NCBI GenBank assembly: GCA_050084515.1
Contig: CM114271.1
Span: 44,454,001-44,518,000 of the forward strand
DNA from: Blasia pusilla
Lineage: Eukaryota
DNA: 64,000 nt
Reading direction: 5' to 3'
The notes below the pieces were generated by a model. It made no database searches. It had not been told where the DNA came from and saw only the letters and a program-made list of their open reading frames with translations. Position 1 is the first letter of the stretch; each line of letters begins with the position of its first letter. The position numbers and the translations under genes are program-made. Shown piece after piece: positions 1 through 12,721 of the stretch.

Positions 1-121
1 AAAAGAACACAATCCACAAGTCCAAAAACATATTCCAACAAACTTTAACAAACACCATTATGGGTTGAAAAAATCTCGTCCTTTATTACCTCCGAAGGAA
101 CCTCGAAAATGTAGATTTCAC

Positions 122-385
122 CTAGTCTATGATTTCTTCAGCCTCGTCATCTACAAATTTACTCCTAACTCTCCTCGGTGACAGTACCAAAGGAATGTCT
201 TGGGATTCAAGTGGCTCCTCTGGCCGATTGTAGACGGGGATTGAAAATGTTGGCGAATTCGAGAGCCTTGGCCCCCCCCTAGGTACACCATAACGGTCCC
301 ATGTAACCTGTCTCGAGTCCCACCGCCTTCCTCGGCAAAAAGATACCTTGTATGCGTTCGCAATGTGACACCCATCCAATATCAA
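122..385 (-). pseudogene. Unknown coding segment downstream of the methyltransferase region, copy 1
   Basis: Peptide CRGRRWDSxQVTWDRYGVPRGGPRLSNSP...RSKFVDDE open in both arms; no family recognised. Confidence 0.4.
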
Positions 386-1513
386 TATCCGCTCCGTCCC
401 GGTAATACCATTACGGCAACCGCACGGTAGAAGGAATCCAACACGTCGAGAGAGAAGAAAAGAAGCCCTACGCCGCCTTTACGAGTTGAGGGGAAGGTGC
501 CAAGGGAAGAAGCCCGCCAGATCGCCTCTTAAGTTGGACCAACAGGAAAGGGTCGATCGGGCAACTGTCGGAATCAGGCAGGTTGCATGGAGGTGGTAAA
601 AGGGTGCGATGGTCAAAAAGCGAAAAAGTTGCAAGCGAGGAGAAATCCGACGGGTTGCGAGTGGTCATAAAGTGAAAAGTTGCAAGCGGGAGAAATCCGA
701 CGGGTTGCAAAATAGAAGTCCGTGGAGTACATAGAGGATCACATTCAAAAGACAAAAATGATCAGCAAACATTTACAAGCACCACCATCATTGAAAAAAT
801 CTTTCGCTTTATATCATCCGAAAAAAGCTCAAAATCGTACATTTGATCTATTCTATGAAATCTTTTGCCTCATTATCAAAAAAACTCCCTACTCCAAACG
901 CGCTTGCTTTGTCAGGCTGGGTCGTTGAGTTCTTTGAACTCACTCGTCATCGTCGAGAGCTCTTGCAAAATTACTTTCGGCCTTGCCCTCCCGATTTTTG
1001 GAATCGTTGGAAGTGACGATGGAGTCACTACCAAGGGTGGCTCGAATCGAGCTCGGCCGGTGGAGAGTTGTACGCCCCAACGAGCCTTTTGTATTCTCGC
1101 CTTTGCCTCCTTGCAAAGGTCAAGCGATTCTGCCTTCCTCGAGGCGAGAATGTTCGTGCCACTCTGCCAGGCGCCTTTGATACTTGCCCTTGAAAGTCCC
1201 ACTAAGTCGAACACCAAGTCACCCGGCCTTGAGCAGAGCTCGATGAGCGCTTGCATCGGGTGGCGACTTTTCCTTCCTCCCAAAAGTGGGGGGTCTTGTC
1301 TTGCATGTAAATTCGGGGAATTGTACAAACTATCTAAGTTGTACCCATCGAGCATGGATCCACATGATCGTGGATCTTGAACACCTGAAATTGTGCTCGG
1401 GCGAACGAAGCGAAGAACGAGGGGAGTGGTCCATCTCAGAATCAAAGACGTTGGAAACAATGTCGAAAATAAAGAAGTCGGCTTGAGAACATTTTCAATA
1501 ACTGACTTTGGAT

Positions 1514-1833
1514 CAACCTGTCGGAGTCCGACGGGTTGTTTTATCCTGGACCAACCCGTCGCCTTCCGATGGGTTGGTCACGGAAAAAAACAACCCGTCG
1601 GGCTCCGTTGTTTTTGTCCGTGAGCAACCTGTCGGAAGGCGACGGGTTGTTGGCCTAGAGCAGCCCATGCTCGCCTACGAGCAACCCGTCGCTATCGACG
1701 GGTTGCATCCAAAACAAAATCAACCGGGAAAAACCAAAAGCAAGCGCAACCCGCCGGGTTCGGCGGGTTTGCGTACACCATGATTTTTCCTGTGTATGGG
1801 AAAGATGCAACCCGTCGGAAAACGACGGGTTGC
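1514..1833. repeat. Intronic cluster of the 27-bp palindrome GCAACCCGTCGGANTCCGACGGGTTGC
   Basis: About 7 degenerate copies, near 1515, 1552, 1591, 1625, 1681, 1746, 1807. Confidence 0.9.
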
Positions 1834-3968
1834 TCTCAGCCGAGCATGGGCTGCTCTAAGCCAGCAACCCAGATTGACTCTCATTATACACATCATTAAA
1901 ATATAATTGAAATTATAGTACAGGAATTGAGCCTTACCCGAATCTGACTCGTCGCGGATCCGAGTGGGTACTCATTTTTTATGATCCACGATTGCGCCGT
2001 CCTCCACTTTAGCGACCTCATGACGCACTGGAGGTTGAAGAGCTCGTCCTCGCTCCCTCCATTCAACACCAAGAAGCAGCCCCTGTCACTCAGATAGGCG
2101 TCTGCAAAGGAGAACAAAAGCGCAATCTGGTCATAAGATAGCGGCACATTCCACTCACGTACCTCGTCCGACGGATTCTCGCCCCAAAGTCGCAACCTCG
2201 AGGACAGATCGGCGATCAAGAAATCCACCGCAACCTCTTCGACCACTCCATTCACCGTCCAGGAAGCCTGCCCGTTTTGTTGGAGCTTCCGTCCCAGCGT
2301 TGTTAATTTTTCGATGGCTGGTGTCGACGCTTAGGAACTGAAGCTCTTCAACTCATCTAGTAAAGGAGTGAACTGAAGGAGGACGCTTGTCCGGGTCGTT
2401 GTTTGTCTGTGTCTTCCCAAGGATGATGGACTGTATTCTCCTTGGGACAACCCGGGCACCTCTCGCTTCCGCTTCTCCCTAGCCTGGGGACGGCTTGTCC
2501 GGGTTTCTATGACCTTAGACTCTCGTGGCGTTTTTAGCGAGGACCTGGTCCGACCCTCACCCCGCTTTCGTGGGGACGATTCCGCCTCGGCCTTGAATCT
2601 TCAGCCTCTCTTTGGGAAAACTCGGCCTCTGAATTTTTCCCTCCCCTCGCCTTGCCTTTGAGACCATTTGTGGATTTGTCTTTGGGTGTGCGGACCTTGA
2701 AGCCAACTCACTGTCTCGTGGGCTGCTCTTCATCATCTCCTACGAAGAAGTCTTCAGGCTGGGAAATTGGGGATGTCGTCTTGTCCTGAGGCCACAGCAT
2801 CATGAAGCACTCGTAAATCCTTATCGGTGATGTCTTCAGGGTCGTTGAAGTTGAGCCAAATGGGGCAATTCTCCACCTCCCAATCGGACATATGTTGCCC
2901 CATCTCCATGTCGTACATGGAGAATGTCTCTGCATCCGGCAGCGAAGCCCACAATTTCAAGGCTATCGGTAATTTTCCCCACGTACCTGCATTCTTACAC
3001 TGGACGAGGTATCTGAAGACCATCCGTTGGGCAGCTTTTAGTCGAACAAAATTGGCCGTCTTCTCTTGTAGATCTCGCTTCTTCTTTGCTTGATCCCGTT
3101 TGTTCCCCTCTACTTCTTTGTCAAGCTCTGCGTGAGGGAGGACGTAAACCTTGAACATGGTCTTGAATCCTGGGTTTTTGGTTGGCTTGTCCCGGATGTC
3201 GTCAAGCCAAACCTCGAAATCTCCAGAACTTTCAAGGTTTGCTTCCGGCGGGATGGGCTCTAATCTTTTGAGCTCCGCTTGCAGACTGTCCAGCAAGGAC
3301 TTTCCGATTACCCGCAACGCGTCCCAGAACGACCATTCGCGTAGCCAGTGCGAGATCACTGGATCGGACACACCCGGAGGATGGTTTGCCGCCCTCTTAT
3401 GGGCCTCTGAGCCCTCGAGACTGATTTTCATCAGTCGTATCCTCCTAAACTCGCTTATCCCGGACAACGCAAACCGATGCACGCGATCTAGGGACACTTT
3501 CTCCCCAATCCGACTATGCGGATCTTCATCCCTTTTCCGCTGGCGCTTGATAATCGCCTTCAGCTCCTTGTAGAACTCCGGACCAAGTTCGTGGTTGAGA
3601 ATGCTGATGTATCGCTGCATCTTGCTCAGCAGTATATTCGTTCTTCGCAGATCATCGCAGCTTGATGAATTTGTTCGCGCCGACGCAGATACCTTCTCCC
3701 TCCGCTCAGTTCCGGCAGCGCTTTTCTTTGTGGCCTGTATCTTCGACCAGCAAAGGATGGTTACGGCTGCATCTTGGGAAATAAACTTATTTGCCCAAGT
3801 TTTCTTTTTAATCTGAGCACCCTTTGCAAGCATCTGATTGACAAGGGCATCGCCCAAGAACCCCTTGTACTCTCCCGTGTGTGTCGTAAGTACCTTCCTC
3901 ACCCGATCGCAGTCCTGGATCCAGTGGTGGGTGACATTCCCCTCCGATACAATCTGCACATCCAAACT

Positions 3969-4388
3969 CAACCCGTCAGGAAATTACATGGGTTCGCGAA
4001 CCCGCCGGACTCGACGGTCGTCATACTCAAGGTCGGATTCTAGCAACGAGCTAAATGATGCAACCCGTCGGAGTCCGACGGATTGCATTCTGATTTGCTA
4101 ATGACTGGTAAGCAAACCGTCAGATTCCGACGGGTTGCTCGACACGCCGCCTTGTCAGGATGTTTTTTGAAGAATGCAACTCGTCGGAGTCCGACGTTTG
4201 GGTCAAAAACTAGTTAAATCTATGGTCAATCAAACAACTTGTCAGAGTCCGACGATTTGCATTCTTAAAAAAACATCCGAAAAAGCGTGTAGTCGAGCAA
4301 CCCGTGAAAGTCCGACGAGTTGCTTTCGGCAAAAACAAACCTAATCCATTCATCAATCGAGCAACTCGTCGGAGTCCGACGAGTTGCG
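3969..4388. repeat. Largely intronic cluster of the same palindrome
   Basis: Copies near 4060, 4112, 4176, 4234, 4297, 4361. Confidence 0.9.
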
Positions 4389-5850
4389 TAAGTGTTAAAG
4401 ATACTCACGTGTTCATGGCATGCATTGCCATCTCCACCGTCGCCATGTGATGAGGGAATGGGTGAAGGACCACTGCCTTCACGCAAAAATGTGCCTCCAA
4501 TGAGTTGGGCCGCTCCTCCGCAAACTTGGTCTACGCCATGAACCTGTGATTTCCATCCCAGATGAAGAAATGCAGATTCCTCATCCAGCTGAATTCCGTG
4601 CCCTCAACTTGCCTTGTGAAATCCTGGTCTCGCATCCTCCAGAATGTGTCGAGCTTTTCCAAGTCCTCCTCGGTAACCAGAGCTTGGGTTCCATGCTCGT
4701 CGTAAGGCTGAACATAGAAGGGAGGAAAGTTGTCGACGTAGGATGCTGTCGCCGCCGATTGTTTAAGCTTCGCGATGTCCTCGTCGGACTGAATTTCGCG
4801 GACGTATTCCATTGTCCGCAATCAGCAGAGTGGCCCTCCATGAGTGCCATCTGCTTTACCACCTGTCAGAACCGGGATAAGATGAATAAGCTACATTGAA
4901 TTCCCAATGAATTGCAATTCACATAATTGAAAAAACCCAGATCCTCTCTTACCCGCTCGAAAATGGGGTCGGTTTCTTGACCAGCTAACTTGTCTGAGAC
5001 AGAAGCTAGCAAATCGACTGGGAACTCGTTGATCCGATAGAGGTCGATGTCCTCCGCCGGGCTTGGAGTCGAGAATGACCGCTCTCCGGCTTCTTCGGCC
5101 ATGTCCACCATCTCCACGCTGGCGGTCCTTATGACCTCGTCGTCATCGATTTCAACTTCTGGCGTTTCCACTATGTTGATTGTGTCCCCGGACGTCATGG
5201 GGGACATTTCCCGCATCCCAACACTTGCGGTTGGATGGGCAGGGCTATCGTCAATGGCTATCGCTTTTTCCCTCCTCGCTTTAGCCAATTCTGCCCTCCT
5301 CACCGACGCGTCCAGACGCTTCTTTTCTCTCTTTTCGTCAGCGATCCTTTTCTTCAAGGCCTGCGACGTCTCAACCTCTGCGTTCTGTTTATCTAGCGCC
5401 TCTTGAACACGTCTCGCAAGAAGCACTTGGTTGTGCATCTCCGCTTCCCTTTCCCGCTCCTCAATTTCCTGCTGCCTAATTTCATTCGCCGAACGAGGCC
5501 CAGGAGATGCTGACGCAGGAGTCCTAATGGACTTCGGGTTGAAGCTCCCAGACTTGTTGGCTTGTGATTTTTTCCTCGTCATTTTTTCCGGAAATGCCTC
5601 CACCTATGTCCACGAAAAATCCCTTGATCAGTCGCCTTGCTGATGTCGAGATGGGGAGCTCGAATCGTCCCGCGATCGTTTAGTCGAACCGTCTCGCTGT
5701 CGTTCGGTCAAACGGTCTCGCTATTGTTCCCTCCTATCGACTCGCGATGTGTCGCCGTGTGAAACGCCCCTTCGTATCTGATCAGCTGCTGCGCGGGAGA
5801 GTGAGGAATGAAGATCGCGAAATGAGAAACCGGAAATGAGCGATTTCTGC

Positions 5851-5860
5851 CCTATTTATA
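5851..5860 (-). promoter_or_regulatory. Putative TATA box of the ParB-MTase gene
   Basis: TATAAATAGG on the minus strand ~250 bp upstream of the first coding exon and just downstream of the palindrome array. Confidence 0.5.
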
Positions 5861-5949
5861 CTTTTCTAGCCGTTGGGCTGACCGTTGGGTCCCATCGTCC
5901 TTTCGACGGCGACGTGCCGGAGGTTACGGAAGTCCGAAGGTGAAAATTG

Positions 5950-6480
5950 GCAACCCTTCGGAGTCCGACAGGTTGCGCGCCTCCGCCATCCTGGGTACGT
6001 CGCCACGTGTGCAAGCAACCTGTCGGAGACCGACGGGTTGAGCGCCTCCGTCGTCTTCAGAAAAGAACGCGAGGTACCCGCGCAACCCGTCGGAGACCGA
6101 CATGTTGCGCGCCTCCGGCGTGTTTGGGACGGGAACGAGACGTATCTTGGGCAATCCGTCGGAGACCGTTGGGTTGCACGCTTCCCTCATCAAGTGTTAA
6201 GAACGAGGGCTTCCTGTGCAAGTCGTCGGAGTCCGCTTGCTGCACCACAAGGCGAGGCCCTTGCGCAACCCGTTGGAGGGCGACGGGTTGCACACCTCGC
6301 CGTCTTTGGGCAAATAGGTGAGGCACCCGCGGTACTCGTCGGGAACAGACGGTTTGCACGCCTCCAACATCTTCGGGCAAGAAGGAGCGGTATCCGAGCA
6401 ACTTGTCGGAGAGCGACGGGTTGCTCGCTTCGACAATGTTTGGCAGAAGCGTGCAACCCGTCCGAAGCCGACGGGTTGCA
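5950..6480. repeat. Regularly spaced palindrome array, period ~66-67 bp
   Basis: Nine units starting at 5950, 6015, 6082, 6151, 6218, 6265, 6331, 6398, 6453. Confidence 0.9.
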
Positions 6481-7289
6481 GGCTTCGGTTAGCTTCGAGT
6501 AATTTTTGAGTTACCAGGACTCCCACGGGTTCCAAGTGTGATGCGCAACCCTCTGCTTCCCAAATCCGGTAACATATTGCAACAGAATTGAATGTGTTAT
6601 AGAATTGGATCCATTGTGTCAGACAATGTCACCCACCGAATTCATCTTGTCAGTAAAAATCTGTCAAGAGTATCTGTTTCCTATTCACTATAAATTAAAA
6701 ATTCTCATTCTCATTCTCAGTCTCCTCCCGTTGGAATCTTCTTGGAATGGATAATTATGTTAAGCTCACTTGTGGGAGTCATCCGAGGCCCTTCCTCAAT
6801 CGAAATCATTCGACCCCAAGCTCGTGAGTCTTTCATAGCAAATGGATGAAAATTTTCATGTCTTCGATTTCTTCTCCAATTGGAACCATCTTTGTATCCA
6901 AAGATGTTAGGGTGGACAGACGGAAGACATAATAGGTGAGACGGTCCAGCAAAGTGATCTCGCATCGTAAAGTATGGAATCTCCTACCTCTAGCAAATGG
7001 TCAATACTGAGTTTACGGCCCGCCCTGAATTCATCTGTTTCCCAAGTAGACGGTCTAGAATTTCCCTCGCTCCGAGCTCACGTTTGCAACTCCAAGCTCT
7101 GCAGATCCGCCGACTCCAACCGACGCTCATAATAATGTTGTTCTTCCCGAAGAGATTCCGGATGTTATCAACTCGGTGGATCTGTTCGGACATCAATCGG
7201 GCCCCTCGTCCGCCTACTCGTTTCTCTTGCAGTATCGGAAATAGTTTGCTTTCGTCTCTCGGCCTTGAAAATGTTCAAGCACATTCTTG

Positions 7290-8790
7290 TCGCATTTAGC
7301 CCGCCCACGCATCACGATGGTAATTGTATTTTTGAGTTGCCTCCACTTTCGCTCCTGCTCAAAAGAAGGATGGAGGACGCCTGAAGGGTATGGATAGAAA
7401 GTCTGATTGTCATCGATGGTGCAGGCTTCAACGGACCAGTGCTTCAATTCCAGATGGTCCTTGGATTGTCTCCCGCCGCCAATGCGTGGGAGCCTTGGAG
7501 TGTAGAAGTCCAGCATGCCCGTATCTAGAGCGCAACGGGCGAGTCAATACGTCGCAATTCCCTCCCAAGAATGTAGAAACTCCATACGAGGTCGGTGCCA
7601 CCATATCGCCGGGAGGCCATCGATGTCCTCATTGTCAGGCATCGCCCTTCTGCGTTGGAGCGTGTCCTGCATATATATTTTTCATTGTCCACGACTTGGG
7701 CTCCACGTTAGAGTATACAAGGTGGCGGCAAGAAATGTTGGCTCCACACTCATCCCGTGACCGATGCAATTCAAAGACACATCAAGGAGGATGTGGCGAA
7801 GAAAGTAGCCGAGGTCTACAGAAACTCTCCGGGTTCAAAGCCCAGAGTGATCAAGCTCACAACGGCATCACAAATTTGTGAACAATTGCTTGGAATCCCT
7901 GAACAGGGCGAGATCACTGCGGTTGAGAAGAAACAACTCTGGGAAAATCTCGCATTTTCGCGATCCGAATGCTTCCGAATTTCTTTGCGTCAAATACGAG
8001 TTCGATGGAAAGACGGCCGAAATGGATGCCATCGCAGAATCAAGGCCAACTCCTGATTTCCATTCATTCAAAGATGGCGTTCATGGGCCAAGGAGGCGAG
8101 GATCCAGGGCCTATGTCTTCAAAATGTCAACCACAGTCCGTGAGTGGCCTCGATCTTATAGATCGAATGAGGGAAGGGGAAGATCTTTACGGGAGCCGGG
8201 TAAGCTTTGATATTTGCTCAGAGTGCTTTGAACGGATGGTTGACGATGGGTGCTCACGTTTATGACCATGTGGAGAAGGGACTCAAAACTATATTTGTGT
8301 GTGAAGTAAAGGCAGAAGATGTTGGTAGTTTGAAGATGTGCTAGTTACTCTTATTGGAGGTGATGAAGGAAAACAAAAGGCCACCTCCGAAAATTTATGG
8401 GTTCATGGCGGACAATGCACAACCTGGATGGATTGCTATCCGGGAAGTGTCTCAGGGTGAGAGGTTCAACCGGAGAGGGAAAGGTCGGATGCTTTCCATT
8501 GGCAGCGATCTGTGACCCGGTACACAAATCTTGCATCAAGGAGAATAACAGGCGAGCATGTCACTTACTCCAACGCTGCAAGGACAGCAAAACCTTGAAG
8601 CAAAGGCCATGGAATGCCATGAAGAACTTCATGGGTGGTGGAGGAAGCATGCGATTGAGGGGAAGTACAAAGAGTTGTGCTCTTGGTTGAGTTGGTGGAC
8701 TGTACGTATGAGTAAAATGATTTCTGATTGAGGAATGGCCTCCTGATGACTGCCACAAGTGAGCTTAACATAATTATCCATTCCAAGAAG
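7290..8790 (+). pseudogene. Decayed Mutator-like (MULE) DDE transposase with N-terminal GCM-like Zn domain
   Basis: Across frameshifts: GNCIFELPP, GMDRKSDCHRWC...CVGALECRSPACP...CPHC...CP, YVFKMS, SFD, TMGAHVYD, GFMADNAQPGWIAIREV, LSWW; truncated near 8790. Confidence 0.65.
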
Positions 8791-9597
8791 ATTCCAACGG
8801 GAGGAGACTGAGAATGAGAATGAGAATGAGAATGAGAATTTTTAATTTATAGTGAATAGGAAATGATACTCTCTGATGATTTTTTTCTTGACAAGATGAA
8901 TTCGGTGGGTGACATTGTCTGACACAATGGATCCAATTCTGTAATACATTCAATTCTGTTGCAATATGTTACCGGATTTGGGAAGCAGAGGGTTGCGCAT
9001 CACACTTGGAACCCGTGGGAGTCCTGGTAACTCAAAAATTACTCGAAGCTAACCAAAGCCTGCAACCCGTCGGCTTCGGACGGGTTGCACGCTTCTGCCA
9101 AACATTGTCGAAGAGATGGCACTCATGGAGGGCCACAACGCCCCAAGGATTCCACTCTGCCGATTGCGGACAATGGAATACGTCCGCAAAATTCAGTCCG
9201 ACGAGGACATCGCGAAGCTTAAACAATCAGCGGCGACAACATCCTACGTAGACAACTTTCCTCCCTTCTATGTTCAGCCTTACGACGAGCATGGAACCCA
9301 AGCTCTGGTTACCGAGGAGGACTTGGAAAAGCTCGACACATTCTGGAGGATGCGAGACCAGGATTTCACAAGGCAAGTTGAGGGCACGGAATTCAGCTGG
9401 ATGAGGAATCTAAATTTCTTCATTTGGGATGGAAATCACAGGTTCATGGCGTGGACCAAGTTTGCGGAGGAGCGGCCCAACTCATTGGAGGCACATTTTT
9501 GCGTGAAGGCAGTGGTCCTTCACCCATTCCCTCATCACATGGCGACGGTGGAGATGGCAATGCATGCCATAAACACGTGAGTATCTTTAACACTTGC

Positions 9598-10321
9598 GCA
9601 ACTCGACGGGACGGTTGTTGGGATGCTTTAACACTTACGCAACTCGTCGGACTCTGACGAGTTGCTCGATTGATGAATGGGTTAGGTTTGTTTTTGCCAA
9701 AAGCAACTCGTCGAACTCCGACGGGTTGCTCGACTCGACGCTTTTTCGGATGTTTTTTTAAGAATGCAACTCGTCGGACTCCGACGAGTTGTTCGATTGA
9801 CCATAGATTGAATTGTTTTTTGGCCCAAAGCAAACCGTCGGAGTCCGTCGGGTTGCTCGACTCGCCGCCTTGTCATGATGTTTTTTGAAGAATGCAACTC
9901 GTCGGACTCCGACGAGTTGTTCGACTGACTGTAGGTTTAGAAGGTTTTTTCCCCAAAGCAACCCGTCGGAGTCCGACGGGTTGGTTGCCTCGAAACTGTT
10001 TTTGGCCGAAATCAACCCATCGAAGTCTGACGGGTTGCATTTGGAAGTTGGTTCCCCAAATTTCGCGTCAAATTGCAAGTTTACATTCAATTGCGCAACC
10101 TGTCGGACTCCGACGGGTTGCTATGTTCACGTTAGTATGTTTAGTTGCACAACCCATCGGACTCCGACGGGTTGAAACCAGGCATTAGCAAATCTGAATG
10201 CAATCCATCGGACTCCGACGGGTTGCATCATTTAGCTCGTTGCTAGAATCCGACCTTGAGCTGTGACGACCCGTCGGAGTCCGACGCGTTGCAGGAACCC
10301 ATGTAATTTCCTGACGGGTTG
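9598..10321. repeat. Intronic palindrome cluster, longer than its left-arm counterpart
   Basis: A dozen or more copies of caaCCCGTCGGA(c/g)TCCGACGGGTTG after the donor gtgagt at ~9577. Confidence 0.9.
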
Positions 10322-12458
10322 AGTTTGGATGTGCAGGATTGTATCGAAGGGGAATGTCACCCACCACTGGATCCAGGACTGTGATCGGGTGAGGAAGGTG
10401 CTTACGACGCACCCGGGAGAGTTCAAGGGGTTCTTGGGCGATGCCCTTGTCAATCAGATGCTTGCAAAGGGTGCTCAGATTAAAAAGAAAACTTGGGCAA
10501 ACAAGTTTATTTCCCAAGATGCAGCCGTAACCATCCTTTGCTGGTCGAAGATTCAGGCCGCGAAGAAAAGCGCTGACCGAGCCGAGCGAGGGAGAAGGTA
10601 TCTCGTCGAGCGCAGTAACAAATTCATCCAAGCCGCAGATTCGCAAAGAACGAAATACACGGCGAGCAAGATGCAGCGATACCTCAGCATTCTTAACCCC
10701 GAACTTGGTCCGGAGTTCTACAAGGAGCTGAAGGCGATTATCAAGCGCCAACGGATTGGGGAGAAAGTGTCCCTGGATTGCATGCATCGGTTTGGGTTGT
10801 CTGGCATAAGCGAGTTTAGGAGGATCCGACTGATGAAAATCAGTCTCGAGGGCACAGAGGCCGTAAGAGAGCGCACACCATCTCCTCGGGTGTGTCCGAT
10901 CTAGTGATCTCCCACCGCTACGCGAATGGTCGTTCCGGGGACGCGTTATGGTTATCGGGAAGTCCTTTGGCCGATACCGCAAGCGGAGCTCGAAGATTAG
11001 AGCCCATCCCGGATGAAGCAAACCTTGAAAGTTCTGGAGATTTCAAGGTTTGGCTCGACGACATCCGGGACAAGCTAACCAAAAACCCAGGATTCAAGAC
11101 CATGTTCAAGGTTTGCGTCCTCCCTCACGCAGAGCTTGACAAAGAAGTAGAGGGGAACAAACGGGATCAAGCAAAGAAGAAGCGAGATCTACAAGAGAAG
11201 ACGGCCAATTCTGTTCGACTAAAAGCTACCCAACGGATGGTCTTCAGGTACCTCGTCCAGTGTAAGAATGCAGGTACGTGGGGAAAATTACCGGTAGCCT
11301 TGAAATTGTGGGCTTCGCCACCGGATGCAGAGACATTCTCCATGTACGACATGGAGATGGGGCAGCACATGTCCGATTGGGAGGTGGAGAATTGCCCCAT
11401 TTGGTTCGACTTCAACGACCCTGAAGACATCACCGATAAGGATTTACGAGTGCTTCATGATGCAGTGGCCTCAGGACAAGACGACATCCCCAATTTCGTC
11501 CAGCCTGAAGACTTCTTCGGAGGAGATGCAGAAGAGCAGCCCACGAGACAGTACCTGAGTTGGCTTCAAGGTCCGTCTGACCAAAGACAAATCTAAATGG
11601 TCTCAAAAGGCAAGGCGAGGGGAGTGAAAAATTCAGAGGCCGAGTCTTCCCAAAGAGAGGCTGAAGATTCAAGGCCAGAGGCGGAATCGTCTGGGCGAGA
11701 GGGGAGAGAGGGTCGGACCAGGTCCTCGGAAAAAAAAATGCCACCAGAGTCTGAGGTCATAGAGACCCCGACAAGTCGTCCGCAGACTCGGGAGAAGCGG
11801 AAGCGAGAGGTGCGAGGGTTGTCCCAAGGAGAATACAGTCCATCATCCTTGGGAAGACACAAACAAACAACGACTTCGGACAAGCGCCCTCCTTGATTCA
11901 CTCCTTTACTAGATGAGTGAAGAGCTTGATTCTCAGCGTCGACACCGACCATCGATAAATTGACAATGCTGGGACGGAAGCTCCAACGAAACGGGCACGC
12001 TGCCTGGACGGTGAATGGAGTGGTCGAAGAGGTTGCGGTGCATCTCTTGATCGCTGATCTGCCCTCGGGGTTGTGACTTTGGGGCGAGAATCCGTCGGTC
12101 GAGGTACCTGAGTGGATTGTGCCGCTCTCTTATGACCAGATTGCGCTATTATTCTCCTTTGCGCACGCCTATCCGAGTGACAGGGTCGCTTCTTGGTGTT
12201 GATGGAGGGAGCGAGGACGAGCTCTTCAACCTCCAAAGTCGCCAAGAGGTCGCTAAAGTGGAGGACGGCGCAATCGTGGATCATAAAAAACGAGTACCCA
12301 CTCCGATCCGCGACGAGTCAGATTCGGGTAAGGCTCAATTCCTGTACTGTAATCTCAATTATATTTTAATGATGTGCATAATGAGTGTTCATCTCCGTTG
12401 AGTGAGTATAATGAATGTCAATCTCCGCTGGCTTAGAGCAGCCCATGCTCGGCTGAGA

Positions 12459-12721
12459 GCAACCCGTCGGTTTCCGACGGGTTGCATCTTTCCCACATAC
12501 ACAGGGAAAACCGCGGTGTAACTGCAACCCGTCGGAACCCGACGGGTTGCGCTTGCTTTTGGTTTTTCCCGTGTTTTTCCGAAAGTCGCAACGTCGATAG
12601 CGACGGGTTGCTCACGGACAAAAACAACGGAGCCCGACGGGTTGTTTTAGTCCCTGACCAACCCGTCGGAAGGCGACGGGTTGTTCCAGGACAAAACAAC
12701 CCGTCGGACTTCGACAGGTTG
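12459..12721. repeat. Intronic palindrome cluster (mirror of 1514-1833)
   Basis: Copies near 12460, 12524, 12588, 12659, 12697. Confidence 0.9.

Larger units (their letters stand above)
912..5603 (-). pseudogene. Spliced, frameshifted gene: charged N-terminus + ParB/Srx-like domain + beta-class N4C/N6A DNA methyltransferase (copy 1)
   Basis: FFIWDGNHRFMA (4531-4821); 405-aa exon (2754-3971); VDFLIADL...FADAYLSDRGCF (1896-2255, motif IV-VI-like); K..MQALIELCSRPGDLVFDLVGLS.ASIKGA (~1150-1290, motif X-I-like); GT-AG intron ~4864-4921 and donors near 4409 and 1937. Confidence 0.7.
1..6815 (-). repeat. Left arm of a large inverted duplication (probably continues beyond window start)
   Basis: 1-110 is the reverse complement of ~14180-14290; 1-4852 pairs with 9114-14290 and ~6429-6815 with ~8715-9113; same peptides on opposite strands (2754..3971- vs 10329..11596+). 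Confidence 0.95.

Noticed and set aside
5950-6480. True CRISPR array
   Set aside because: Repeats are degenerate, spacers resemble each other, no cas genes, eukaryotic context, and the same palindrome is scattered in introns.
5885-6535. Overlapping ORFs in several frames (also 9444-10188, 12433-12736, 1393-1783)
   Set aside because: Products of the GC-rich palindrome (QPVGxRRV / ATRRxPTG / NPSExDGL in all frames).
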